From assembly GCA_030390025.1 (NCBI GenBank), contig CM059432.1, forward strand, positions 118,794,001 through 118,858,000: a stretch of DNA of 64,000 nt, in the 5' to 3' direction. The notes under the pieces are model-generated. The model had not been told where the DNA came from and did no database searches. It saw only the letters and a program-made list of their open reading frames with translations. Origin of the DNA: Squalus acanthias (Eukaryota). Positions 22,701 to 35,094 of this stretch are shown in pieces. The stretch's first letter is position 1; the number at the start of each line of letters is the position of its first letter. The position numbers and the translations under genes were made by a program.

Positions 22701-25700
22701 GGGCCTCGGGTCGCCGGTCCCGCTCTCGCTGTGCTGTCGGGCCTCGGGCCTCGGGTCGCTGGTCCCGCTCTCGCTGTGCTCTCGGGCCTCGGGTCGCTGG
22801 TCCCGCTCTCGCTGTGCTGTCGGGCCTCGGGCCTCGGGTCGCTGGTCCCACTCTCGCTGTGCTCTCGGGCCTCGGGTCGCTGGTCCCACTCTCGCTGTGC
22901 TCTCGGGCCTCGGGTCGCTGGTCTCGCTCTCGCTCCGCTCTCGGGCCTCGGGTCGCTGGTCCCGCTCTCGCTCCGCTCTCGGGCCTCGGGTCGCCGGTCC
23001 CGCTCTCGCTGTGCTCTCGGGCCTCGGGTCACTGGTCCCGCTCTCGCTGTGCTGTCGGGCCTCGGGCCTCGAGACACTGGTCCCACTCTCGCTGTGCTCT
23101 CGGGCCTCGGGTCGCTGGTCCCACTCTCGCTCCGCTCTCGGGCCTCGGGTCACTGGTCCCACTCTCGCTCCGCTCTCGGGCCTCGGGTCACTGGTCCCGC
23201 TCTCGCTCCGCTCTCGGGCCTCGGGTCGCTGGTCCCGCTCTCGCTGAGCTCTCGGGCCTCGGGTCGCTGGTCCCACTCTCGCTGGGCTCTCGGGCCTCGG
23301 GTCGCCGGTCCCGCTCTCGCTGAGCTCTCGGGCCTCGGGTCGCTGGTCCCACTCTCGCTGGGCTCTCGGGCCTCGGGTCACTGGTCCCGCTCTCGCTGGG
23401 CTCTCGGGCCTCGGGTCGCCGGTCCCGCTCTCGCTGTGCTCTCGGGCCTCGGGTCACTGGTCCCGCTCTCGCTGGGCTCTCGGGCCTCGGGTCGCCGGTC
23501 CCGCTCTCGCTGTGCTCTCGGGCCTCGGGTCACTGGTCCCGCTCTCGCTGGGCTCTCGGGCCTCGGGTCGCCGGTCCCGCTCTCGCTGTGCTGTCGGGCC
23601 TCGGGTCGCTGGTCCCACTCTCGGGCCTCGGGTCGCTGGTCCCGCTCTCGCTGGGCTCTCGGGCCTCGGGTCACTGGTCCCACTCTCGCTGTGCTCTCGG
23701 GCCTCGGGCCTCGGGTCGCTGGTCCCGCTCTCGGGCCTCGGGCCTCGGGTCGCTGGTCCCGCTCTCGCTGTGCTCTCGGGCCTCGGGTCGCTGGTCCCAC
23801 TCTCGGGCCTCGGGCCTCGGGTCACTGGTCCCACTCTCGCTGTGCTCTCGGGCCTCGGGCCTCGGGTCGCTGGTCCCGCTCTCGCTGTGCTCTCGGGCCT
23901 CGGGTCGCTGGTCCCACTCTCGGGCCTCGGGCCTCGGGTCACTGGTCCCGCTCTCGGGCCTCGGGCCTCGGGTCGCTGGTCCCACTCTCGCTGTGCTCTC
24001 GGGCCTCGGGTCGCTGGTCCCGCTCTCGCTGGGCTCTCGGGCCTCGGGTCACTGGTCCCACTCTCGCTGTGCTCTCGGGCCTCGGGCCTCGGGTCACTGG
24101 TCCCGCTCTCGCTGTGCTCTCGGGCCTCGGGTCACTGGTCCCACTCTCGCTCCGCTCTCGGGCCTCGGGTCGCCGGTCCCGCTCTCGCTGTGCTGTCGGG
24201 CCTCGGGCCACTGGTCCCGCTCTTGCTGGGCTCTCGGGCCTCGGGTCACTGGTCCCACTCTCGCTGTGCTCTCGGGCCTCGGGCCTCGGGTCACTGGTCC
24301 CACTCTCGCTGTGCTCTCGGGCCTCGGGTCACTGGTCCCGCTCTCGCTGGGCTCTCGGGCCTCGGGTCACTGGTCCCGCTCTCGCTGTGCTCTCGGGCCT
24401 CGGGTCACTGGTCCCGCTCTCGCTCCGCTCTCGGGCCTCGGGTCGCCGGTCCCGCTCTCGCTGTGCTGTCGGGCCTCGGGCCTCGGGTCGCTGGTCCCGC
24501 TCTCGCTGTGCTCTCGGGCCTCGGGTCGCTGGTCCCGCTCTCGCTGTGCTGTCGGGCCTCGGGCCTCGGGTCGCTGGTCCCACTCTCGCTGTGCTCTCGG
24601 GCCTCGGGTCACTGGTCCCGCTCTCGGGCCTCGGGCCTCGAGACACTGGTCCCACTCTCGCTGTGCTCTCGGGCCTCGGGTCGCTGGTCCCACTCTCGCT
24701 CCGCTCTCGGGCCTCGGGTCACTGGTCCCACTCTCGCTCCGCTCTCGGGCCTCGGGTCACTGGTCCCGCTCTCGCTGAGCTCTCGGGCCTCGGGTCGCTG
24801 GTCCCGCTCTCGCTGAGCTCTCGGGCCTCGGGTCGCTGGTCCCACTCTCGCTGGGCTCTCGGGCCTCGGGTCACTGGTCCCGCTCTCGCTGGGCTCTCGG
24901 GCCTCGGGTCGCCGGTCCCGCTCTCGCTGTGCTCTCGGGCCTCGGGTCACTGGTCCCGCTCTCGCTGGGCTCTCGGGCCTCGGGTCGCCGGTCCCGCTCT
25001 CGCTGTGCTCTCGGGCCTCGGGTCACTGGTCCCACTCTCGGGCCTCGGGCCTCGGGTCGCTGGTCCCGCTCTCGCTGGGCTCTCGGGCCTCGGGTCACTG
25101 GTCCCGCTCTCGGGCCTCGGGCCTCGGGTCGCCGGTCCCGCTCTCGCTGTGCTCTCGGGCCTCGGGCCTCGGGTCACTGGTCCCGCTCTCGCTGTGCTCT
25201 CGGGCCTCGGGCCTCGGGTCACTGGTCCCGCTCTCGCTGTGCTCTCGGGCCTCGGGTCGCTGGTCCCACTCTCGGGCCTCGGGCCTCGGGTCGCTGGTCC
25301 CGCTCTCGCTGGGCTCTCGGGCCTCGGGTCACTGGTCCCGCTCTCGGGCCTCGGGCCTCGGGTCGCTGGTCCCGCTCTCGCTGGGCTCTCGGGCCTCGGG
25401 TCACTGGTCCCGCTCTCGGGCCTCGGGCCTCGGGTCGCTGGTCCCACTCTCGCTGTGCTCTCGGGCCTCGGGTCACTGGTCCCACTCTCGCTGTGCTCTC
25501 GGGCCTCGGGTCACTGGTCCCGCTCTCGCTCCGCTCTCGGGCCTCGGGTCGCCGGTCCCGCTCTCGCTGTGCTCTCGGGCCTCGGGCCTCGAGACACTGG
25601 TCCCGCTCTCGCTGGGCTCTCGGGCCTCGGGCCTCGAGACACTGGTCCCGCTCTTGCTGTGCTCTCGGGCCTCGGGCCTCGAGACACTGGTCCCGCTCTT

Positions 25701-25966
25701 GCTGTGCTCTCGGGCCTCGGGTCACTGGTCCCGCTCTCGGGCCTCGGGCCTCGGGTCGCTGGTCTCGCTCTCGCTGTGCTCTCCGGCCTCGGGTCGCTGG
25801 CCCCGCTCTCGCTGTGCTCTCGGGCCTCGGGTCGCCGGTCCCGCTCTCGGGCCTCGGGCCTCGGGTCGCTGGTCTCGCTCTCGCTGTGCTCTCGGGCCTC
25901 GGGTCACTGGCCCCGCTCTCGCTGTGCTCTCGGGCCTCGACTTGCCTCTGGTCCTGCTCTCGCTGT
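19743..25966. repeat. ~6.2-kb GC/CpG-rich minisatellite, 38-bp base unit with 27/34/45-bp variants
   Basis: Consensus GGGCCTCGGGTCACTGGTCCCGCTCTCGCTGTGCTCTC. Variants duplicate GGGCCTC (+7) and/or drop GCTGTGCTCTC (-11). Roughly 160 units. Confidence 0.98.
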
Positions 25967-25968
25967 GG

Positions 25969-26110
25969 AATACTTGAAGGGGAAAATTTTGCAGGGCAAT
26001 GGGGAAACAGTAGGGGAGTGGGATGAATTGGATAGCTCTTTCAAAAAGCCCGCACAGGCACGATGGGACGAACGGCTTCTTTATGTACTGTATCATTCTA
26101 TGATTCGATG
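25969..26110 (+). mobile_element. CR1 LINE A, 3' end (continuation of 11130-11748)
   Basis: YLKGKILQG.GE..GEWD C-terminus, 3' UTR and attctatgattcgatg tail. Confidence 0.85.
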
Positions 26111-26577
26111 AAGTCCTCAATTATTCTCAGTGGGACAGAACTCCAGCCAAGCAGTTAATGTTTATTTTATTTTAAAATGCTACATTTATTGTGAAGGCAA
26201 AATGACGATTCACTGTTCCCAAGTGTTACCTCAGTGCAGCTGAAGAACATATTCCCACTTTTGTAGTGCAGAATGCTTTCTTCTTTGCCATTAACGTAAT
26301 TATATTTTTCATTTCTGGTACAGAGGGGAAATTTCACATTTCAAGCACAGGCAGATTTATTAATGGAAAATCTGGTGCTGATGTTCTCTGTCCCCCACTC
26401 AACGGAATGTAATGCCCCAATGTCATTTGTGATGCCACGTAGCAGAACATGCTGTTCTAGGCTAATGAAACATGAAATATTAAGGAAATATTATACAAAT
26501 ATGTTTATATATGTATAATATTTATAATATATATAACTATATATATAATACATCATATTGTATATTTGCTATATATA

Positions 26578-27720
26578 GAAGAAAGACCTTGCATTTATAA
26601 AGCACCTTTCATAAAGTCAGGTTGTTCCAAAGCACTTTACAGCCAGTTAAATATTTTTGAGAAGTCGTCACTGTTGTAGTGTCGGAAATGCGGAAGCCAA
26701 TTTGAACACAGCAAGGTCCCACAAACAGCAATGAGATAATGACCAGATAATCTGATTTTTAGGAATATTGATTGAGGCTTAAATATTGGCCAGGGCACTG
26801 GGGAGAACTACACCGCTCTTCTTGGTATCGTTTACATCTACCTGAGAGAGCAGTTGGGGCCTCGGTTTAACATCTCATCTCCAATGGTGCAGCACAGCCT
26901 GAGTACTGCGCTGAAGCGTCAACTTAGATCACTGGTTCTCAAACTGGGATCCACGGATCCCTTGAGACCCGTAGAGACTTTCCAGGGGAACCGCGAGAAA
27001 ATGCTCAATCAGTGGTGGAGAGCGAGCCGGTCCGGAGCGGCTGGGTGCTGCTGAATAGGGCGTTGAATGGTTACCGTGGCAGCGACAGCAGTGGCTTTGC
27101 GCTGCAGGAAGAAGAGGAGAAGGAGGGAGGGAAAAAGACTGCGGGCCAGCGGCGGCCGCAATGCCACCGCCAGCAACAGGAGTCGGAGGCGGTAAAGCGC
27201 AGGCCCAGCTGTTCGGAGAGGAACCGACCGACTGTAAGTAAAGATCCTGTCCTGACTACCAGCCGGCTGCAGCAGAACCAGGATACGGCCAAAGGTATCA
27301 GAGTGAGTCGGACATACTTTACATTAGATCTGTCCATAGTCAAGGGCTGGCCAAGGAGCAAATCTGGCATAGTAATCTGGGCAGCACTTGAATACACTGA
27401 ATAACCATTGTATGTGTGATTTAAAAAAAATCAATGCTTTAAAATCACTATCATTTTATACATACACACTTGAGGGGTTCCAGTTTTATAAATGTCATCA
27501 TAAATATATTGCAATTCATTGTCAGAAGATCCTGGTACAGTATCGATACAAGGGGGCAATAATAATTTAGATGGGGGGTCGGTGATTACTAATCCATTTG
27601 AAAAGGTGTCCTTCAACCAAAAGGTTTGGGAACCACTGACTTATGTCTCTGGAGTGGGACTTGGACCCACAACTTTCCGACTCACAGGCTAGACTGCTAC
27701 CAGTGAGCCAAGGTTGGCAC
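26578..27720 (-). mobile_element. DeuSINE/SacSINE1-like SINE split by a hAT element
   Basis: Colinear with 6578-7060. Interrupted at 26930-27638; tRNA-like head resumes at 27639. Confidence 0.8.
26930..27638. mobile_element. Non-autonomous hAT (Charlie-like) DNA transposon
   Basis: TIRs CACTGGTTCTCAAAC / GTTTGGGAACCACTG. Partly preserved 8-bp TSD acttagat / acttatgt. Confidence 0.8.
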
Positions 27721-27754
27721 CTTGATGACAAGGCTGACACTTTGCTATGTAATA

Positions 27755-29580
27755 AACAACAACAACAACAAGTTGTATTTATATAGCGCCTTTAACATAG
27801 TAAAACATCCCAAGGCACTGCACAGGTGTATTTTAAGACAAAAAATTTGACACCGAGCCACATAAGGATAAATGAAGGCAGATGACCAAAAGCTTGGTCA
27901 AAGAGGTAGGTTTTAAGGAGCATCTTAAAGGAGGAAAGAGAGGTAGCGAGGCGGAGAGGTTTAGGCAGGGATTTCTAGAGCTTAGGGCCTAGGCAACAGA
28001 AGGCACGGCCACCAAAGGTTGAACGATTATAATCAGGGATGCTCAAGAGGGCAGAATTAGAGGAGAGCAGATATCTTGGGGGGTTGTGGGGCTGAAGGAG
28101 ATTACAGAGATATGGAGGGGCGAGGCCATGGAGGGATTTGAAAACAAGGATAAGAATTTTGAAATTGAGGTACTGCTTAACCAGGAGCCAAAGTAAGTCA
28201 GCGAGCACAGGGGAGATGGGCGAACAGGACTCGTTGCGAGTTAGGACATGGGCAGCCGAGTTTTGGATGACCTCCAGTTTATGTAGGGTGGAATGTGGGA
28301 GGCCAGCCAGGAGTGCGTTGGAATAGTCAAGTCTACAGGTAACAAAGGCATGGATGAGGGTTTCAGCAGCGGATGAGCTGGGGCAAGGGCGGAGGCGGGC
28401 AATGTTATGGAGGTGGAAGTAGGCGGCCTTTGTTATGCTGTGGATATGTGGTCGGAAGTTCATTTCAGGGTCAAATATGACACCAAGGTTGCGAACAGTG
28501 TGGTTCAGCCCCAAACAGATGTTAGGGAGAGGAATGGAATCAATGACTAGGGAACAGAGTTTGTGGCGGGGACCGAAAACAATGGCTTTGATCTTCCCAA
28601 TATTAAATTGGAGAAAATTTTTGCTCATCCAGAACTGTATGTCGGACAAGCAGTCTGTCAATTTAGACACTGTGGAGGGGTCGAGAAAAGAGGTAGTGAG
28701 GTAGAGCTGGGTGTCGTCAGCGTCCAGGTGGAAACTGATGCTGTGTTTTCGGATGATGTCGCCAAGGGGCAATATATAGATGAGAAATAGGAGGGGGCCA
28801 AGGATAGATCCTTGGGGGACACCAGAGGTAACGATGCGGGAGTGGGAAGAGAAGCCGTTGCAGGTGATTCTCTGGCTACGATTAGATAGATAAGAATGGA
28901 ACCAGGCGAGTGCAGTCCCACCCAGCTGGATGACGGTGGAGAGGCGTTGGAGAAGGAGGGAATGGTCAACCGTGTCAAAGGCTGCAGACAAGTCAAGAAG
29001 GATGAGGAGGGATTGTTTACCTTTATCACAGTCACAAAGAATGTCATTTGTGACTTTGATGAGAGCCATTTCGGTACTGTGGCAAGGGCGGAAACCTGAT
29101 TGGAGGGATTCAAACATGGATTTGCGGGAAAGATGGGCATGGATTTCGGAGGTGACAACACGTTCAAGGACTTTGGAGAGGAAAGGGAGGTTGGTGATGG
29201 GGCGGTAGTTTGCAAGGACGGAGGGATCAAGGGTTGTTTTTTTGAGGAGAGGTGTGATGACGGCAGATTTGAGGGAGAGAGGGACAGTACCTGAGGAGAG
29301 AAAACCGTTCACAATATCAGCTAGCATGGGAGCCAGAAAAGGAAGTTGGGTGGTCAGCAGTTTGGTTGGAATAGGGTCGAGGAAGCAGGTGGTTGGTTTC
29401 GTGGACAAGATAAGCGCAGAGAGGTCATGAGGGGAGATCGGAGAGAAAGTGGAGAAAGATGTGAGTTTAGGGCTAGGGCAGGTGGGAACCTTAGAGGAAG
29501 TTTGGCCCAGTGGGCTAGGGGAAGGAAGGGAAGTGGCAGAGGCAGCTGAACAGATGGTCTCAATCTTAGAGACAAAGAAG
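27755..29580 (-). mobile_element. L2 LINE, 5'-truncated, with open 477-aa RT ORF (27975-29408)
   Basis: LDPIPT, NYRPITNLPFLSKVLE, QSGFR, LDLSAAFDTVDH, GVPQGSILGP and DADDTQLY (YADD altered). (AAC)n tail on the plus strand at 27755. Confidence 0.93.
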
Positions 29581-31983
29581 CCTCACACTTGTTAACAATG
29601 AATTTTCCTGTTACCACTTGCAGAGCAAGGATAATACATTTCTATGTTTGGTAATTTGATTGAAAATTACACATATGTGAACAGTAATGAACTTCTGGCC
29701 GAAATCACTCCTGTTGCTTAGTGCTACTCTAAGTTTGCTTCTATCAAAAAATGGGTTGATGAAAATTAATAAAAATTGAGAGAAGAAGCCGATTTTGATT
29801 GTCAAGCCTTGTTAAGATAAATCATGAGAAAACTGAGAGAAAATTGAAAAGGGAGTATTCAACTCCAAGTCAGATCTGGAATTAATGAACTTAATAATGG
29901 CTAAGATTTCAAAGCACTGCCACCGTGGTGATAGAAGAGAAAAACATAAAAGGATTTTCTACCACAAAGCGTGAGTGGCTACTGATGGGTATTCCAGTGT
30001 GCAGCAGGATGAGAAGGAGAGGGCATCATAGGAGGCAGAGGGTACAACGCACACTTGACTCACCCATAAATAGGCCTGGACTCATTTCTACCTCGTAATA
30101 TCACATTCTGAGTGCTATGGTATACCCAGTTAAGTAGATTTGTCACCACATTTGTCGTTTGTGTATCATTTTCTGTGTTGCTTGTGAATGTGCTCTGCCA
30201 CTAACTGCTCCCTCGGTGAGGGAGTAGCACTTCTACATTCTGCATAGCCAGCTGGGATACATAAGATCTGCTACTCGTTTCTTCGACTAACTATGATGGA
30301 TCTGTATCAATGGCAGGATCTCCTTTGCTGGAGTTGCTGTGGGTTAATTGCTTTCAAAGGCAGTACTAACTATCACTTGTGCAGGGCTACATAATGGCAC
30401 AAAACTGACTCAACTGACAGGAGTGCCAACCAGTTGCTCCTGCATCAGTACTGAAGGGCATCCTTATAATGCACACTGACCTTTATGAGGATAAAATAGT
30501 AGGAATTTGTGAAGTTTTAAAATCCCTCCCTCATGATTTCTTGGAACCATTCGCCAAGCAAGGATAAGTTGGCTACGATTGCTTCTTGGAATTTCAACCC
30601 CAAAGCTTCCATGGCAGCAGTGAAAGCATTGATGAGTGACGCGTGTATGATCTGCATAACTGAAGTTTCCAATGCAAATGTCACTTATGTTGCCACGCAC
30701 TAAATGGAAACAACCTTGATCAAACCTAAACACAGCAAACAACGTCAACATGCATCCGATGTTCCAACAGCCTTTTAATAGGCCCACTATGGTCTGCATC
30801 ACAATGCAATTCAGGGCACCTAATATGCCAGACCTCTGCCCTATACCAACCCCATCACTGCTACCCCCTTTGCTAACCAGTGGTTGGTCCCTCAACTTGT
30901 ATTTCCGTCTCAAAGTCATTATGATCTTATTCCATGCTGGTGTGTGTTCAAACGTAGGTGCTAATTGTTGGTGCTCCAAGTGAGTGGAGCTCTTCAACTA
31001 TATCAGGTTGACCACTGTGTTCCGCTTGCTCTGTGAAGATAGCAGCTGAGACATATGAGTACACTTATCTATTTGGGCACTGTATTGTCATTACAGGCAT
31101 TATTATGTGCCTGTGCACAATCGATGTGTATGGATGTGTTAACATAACATATTGTGCAAACCATAGAATATGAGATTAATATGATGTAGACCAATAGTTC
31201 TATGTAACCCTTCAGTCTTCCAAGTTTCAATGCCTTCCAAATTCTTCCTCCTAAACTGTTGTTCGTCGCTGTGTGGTGATTTATTTCCTGACCCTGTCCT
31301 GTTATGTGCCACTTTTGCCTTTAAACATAAAAGCAGTGGGATTCAGACAGGAGTAATTAGGTCTACAGAAATTCCTTTTTATTGTCTATTCCTTTTCCCA
31401 TTATGGCATGTGTAATGTATTTGTGAAACCCTGCTATTTCCATGTCTATTATCCCACTTTCTCAATTCTTGCTAACATTTCTCTGTGTTTGCATATATCT
31501 TTAAGAACTACAGTAGTATGTTCCTTCTGACCTATGTTGTCCTGCCAGTTTGCAATAATATTCTTATTGCATTTTAAGCCATGCAACTTTTTCTGGATTT
31601 CCTGTCAGGTCCTTCAAATAGTTAACATGGCATTCATTTTGTTTTAGTGACAAATTGCCTTGCTTGTGTTCTCTTTAATATATTTGGGTGCAATCCACCT
31701 CCACACACACAAAAAAGGTACTTTCTTACACTGGTTACTGCTATGTGTAGAGTTTGATCAGCAAATTGTGCTTTTCCCAACTTGCATTCAGTCATTATCC
31801 ACAAATATTGCACGTGCTACAGTTGGATTAATAAAGTCTTCGACAATTATATTGGTTAACTGGCACATTAGCTCCCCGAAAAGCATTAAAGGGATATTAC
31901 TGCAGAGGCATCGTGATCTGTAGCTATTTTTTCGGTTTTGCTAATCTAATCACATGTTCAGAAAGCACACATTTCAAAACAGT

Positions 31984-32135
31984 GGGGTAGGTTTTCAATT
32001 TATCGCCTGGCATAACACCAGTGTTGTAGATTGGCCACTTGGTATAGAAACCGCTCGTATTTCATTTCCGTGGAATTGAAAATCGTGCGATTTCTATGCC
32101 AGGCGGACAATCTGTGATGTTGGTTTTATGCCCAC
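31984..32135. mobile_element. Short palindromic MITE (fold-back)
   Basis: Starts GGGGTAGGTTTTCA. Imperfect inverted arms 32009-32132 (ggcataacacca..gtatagaaaccgc / gcgatttctatgc..tggttttatgcc). Confidence 0.6.
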
Positions 32136-32577
32136 GTGTTCCTGTCATTTAGTTGGCAAGTTGTTAAATATAATGGAAAATTTGTTATTCTTTCCCTTTA
32201 TTTGGAAAAACGGAGGAAAGTCTAGCCCTCGAATGGCATAAAAATAATTAGAAGAGACAAACGGGGAATGATTTTAAGGTTGTTACTGAATCTTGAGTTT
32301 GATGACTTCCCTAAACGGCTTGTACTTCACCCATCACAGTTTGTAGTGCCATCTAAACCATTCAAATATGTTATAGCTAATTATTACTTACTATATTTCC
32401 TTGTGGTTTGTGATCAAACCCTCCCTCCCCTGATGCTATTATTATAGTACTGTCACATTACGCTATGATATAGTTAGGTCTGCATTCACTCTCATCTCTA
32501 TTGTTCCTTCATCATTATCTTCTGGAAATAACCATTCACATTCCTATGTTAATTTAATTCTCAAAATAAATTCCAAA

Positions 32578-32805
32578 GGGTGAATTCAGGGAGACTGTAT
32601 GCCTGATGGAAAGCCTTATTTGGGGGAGCACGATTGGAGAATCAGATGTGGAGGTCAGTGTGACCTATTCACAGCACTTCTGATTCTCCAGTGATTAAAA
32701 TCTATTACTGGGAAATCAAGGACACCGCGAATTAGAAAGGTTGAGCTCCATGCGCAATTCGCTGTGGGGCTCAATGCCAGGAGCACGGACTCACTAAATT
32801 TACCC
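32578..32805. mobile_element. Short MITE with degenerate TIRs
   Basis: GGGTGAATTCAGGGAG ... CTCACTAAATTTACCC, with internal dyad symmetry. Confidence 0.5.
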
Positions 32806-33861
32806 GCAAAACTTTTTGATTTTATTTGACTAATAAGGGAACATTATCAATGGATGGCATAGACTGCATTATATGTGATAAAGAATAAAAACTAGCTGGC
32901 AGATCCTGGACAATAATTGAATCTCAAGCTTGTGATAGGATTATAAACCACTTGAGTTTGACTCTTGTGGTTTATGACATCATCAGAACCCCCAATTCAA
33001 TTACTGCCTTGTATCTTGTTGCAATCCATCTGTTATCAGGTGTGGAACCTCTCTATGCTATCCATTAAAGGAATGCCATGAATTGTCTCACGTATCATAA
33101 ACTACACGATGTATGTGAATCAACTCAGTGTCTGTGTCAGATTTTACAGTGTATTGTGGTGCACATCTATGTGTTATAGATTCTGGGCAGTGCTGGTTCT
33201 AGAAGAACAAATCATTTTCAGTCCTGTATGGTAGGAGGTTTGTTCAAAATGTAAGGAGCTGATCATGCCCAGAATCTTTGAACATCTTAGCATCATGTGA
33301 CACCAAATTATTGATAAGCAATTTTAACGTTTGAACTAAACTTTTAAATTTGAATACCAGACTATCTAGTCCCTTAGATTATAGCTGTCACACCTGCCTC
33401 TACAATTATACAAATGAGATATGGCAAATAATATAGCGTCTTTAATTTCTCTTAAGTTTTTGTGAAAAATCGTGGTCATCTCAATTCTTTCTGAATAATT
33501 TAATTAAGCATCGAGGTACCATGCTTACATTTCCATTTTTCATTGATTTCCCACATTGAACACAGATGCAGACAAGTAATCACTGGGAATGCCCCAATCC
33601 ATGGGATTTCAAATACTCGGAGAGGTACTAAGAGAAAATGTGGAAGTTGATTATTGTCGATGAGTTTTGGACAGCCTCTGCAGTCAGTTTGTTGCAAAAT
33701 GCAAGCTATGTTAACTTCAAGAGCCAGACCACAGAAAAGTGGACATTGAGAAGGAAAAAAGGAATAAAAAACATAGAGAATGGAGAGAAAGAGGAGTGGG
33801 AGTGTAAAGAACCGGAGACACAAGAAAAGGGGGAGAAAAGAATGAGAAACACAGCAGACAC

Positions 33862-34265
33862 AGAAAGACTTGCATTGATATAGCGTCTTACGACGTTTCT
33901 CAGAAATGCCACAAAGTAGTGAAAATGCAATCAATTACCTTAAAGTGGAGTGACGACTGCTACACAAGCAAACACAACAGTAAATTTGCATACAGCTGGA
34001 CCCTACAAACAGCAATTCAATGAATGACCAGTTCATTTGTTTTGGTGATGTTGGTTGAGGGTAAAATGTTCAGCAGGTCACTGCGAGGACTCTCTAATTT
34101 TTAAATAGTGTCATGATCCGCAAGAGCGGGCAGACGGTGCTTCAGTTTAATATCTCATCTGAAGGATGGCACTTCTGACAATACAGCGCTCCTTCAGCGG
34201 AGTGAAAGCCTAGATCATTTGCTTAAATCCTGAAGTGGGGCTTGAACCCACAACCTTCTGATTTA
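33862..34265 (-). mobile_element. Degraded DeuSINE/SacSINE1-like SINE
   Basis: agaaagacttgcatt tail, Deu-like core and cttgaacccacaaccttctga B-box region. Confidence 0.72.
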
Positions 34266-34848
34266 AAAAAGAAAGAAGTGAGAAAGTAACAAAAGTAATA
34301 AGAAGCAAAAAGACTATTGTGTATACTCAGATATAAGGCAAGTTGTGTATGAGATGATAGCTCTACTTTCCAGCCCCAAAACCCCAAATAAAACAGTGAC
34401 TTGCTTTGAGAAAAATGAAGCAATTTTGCCCAAGATGGTTTATTTATTGAATTTTTTCTTGCTCCTCACACACAGGGTTAAAATTGTTACTACTAGCTGT
34501 TTCTGAAAACTGCAGAGAATAATAATCCCAGACTTACTAATATACATATTTGAGGACAAAGGATGTAGCATAGTTCAGGAAGACGTTGATATCTGGAGCG
34601 AATCAACAGCCCATTAAACACCCCACCCGATTTTTCTTTTCATCGACTTCAATGGAAAGGATAATCAGTTGGTGCGTGTAATGGGCTACCGATCCACTTG
34701 CACTAATTTTGCGCCACCACCGAAGTAGATTTTTTACCCCCATGTAGTTGTAATGTCCCTTTGTCCCAGGGAATCATGGCAAGTCAGAAGACTCCATGTA
34801 GCAGCTACGCATTTAAGAAGTAAGCAACTACTTTTCAAGGTTCAGGGT

Positions 34849-35094
34849 AAGAACATAAGAACATAAGAAATAAGAGCAGGAGTAGGCCATACGGCCCCTC
34901 GAGCCTGCTCCGCCATTCAATAAGATCATGGCTGATCAACGACCTCAACTCCACTTTCCTGCCCAATCTCCATATCCATTGATTCCCCTAGAGTCCAAAA
35001 ATCTATCTATCTCAGCCTTGAATATCCTCAGAGACTCAACATGCACAGCCCTCTGGGGCAGAGAATTCCAAAGATTCACAACTCTCTGAGTGAA
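34849..35094 (-). mobile_element. CR1 LINE 3' end
   Basis: (CATAAGAA)n tail, 3' UTR and FTQRVVNLWNSLPQRAV. Confidence 0.9.

Larger units (their letters stand above)
11749..25968 (-). mobile_element. CR1 LINE B, essentially full length, with 5' tandem array and nested inserts
   Basis: (CATAAGAA)n tail at 11749, then ORF2 RT pieces (11850-13209, 15654-16123), APE domain, ORF1, 5' UTR and 38-bp array. Flanked by AATA duplication (11745-11748 / 25969-25972) inside CR1 A. Confidence 0.88.

Noticed and set aside
19674..26111. ORFs of 1186, 1199 and 1712 aa and dozens of antisense ORFs
   Set aside because: They arise from a nearly A-free 38-bp repeat lacking stops. All three frames give the same cycling peptide, starts are non-ATG and there is no domain. 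Not a gene.
27975..29408. Active L2 reverse transcriptase
   Set aside because: The ORF is open but the element is 5'-truncated (no endonuclease or promoter) and YADD reads DADD.
30464..30997. 177-aa minus-strand ORF in non-repetitive-looking sequence
   Set aside because: No recognisable motif or splice context. It may be a very old TE remnant but this cannot be supported.
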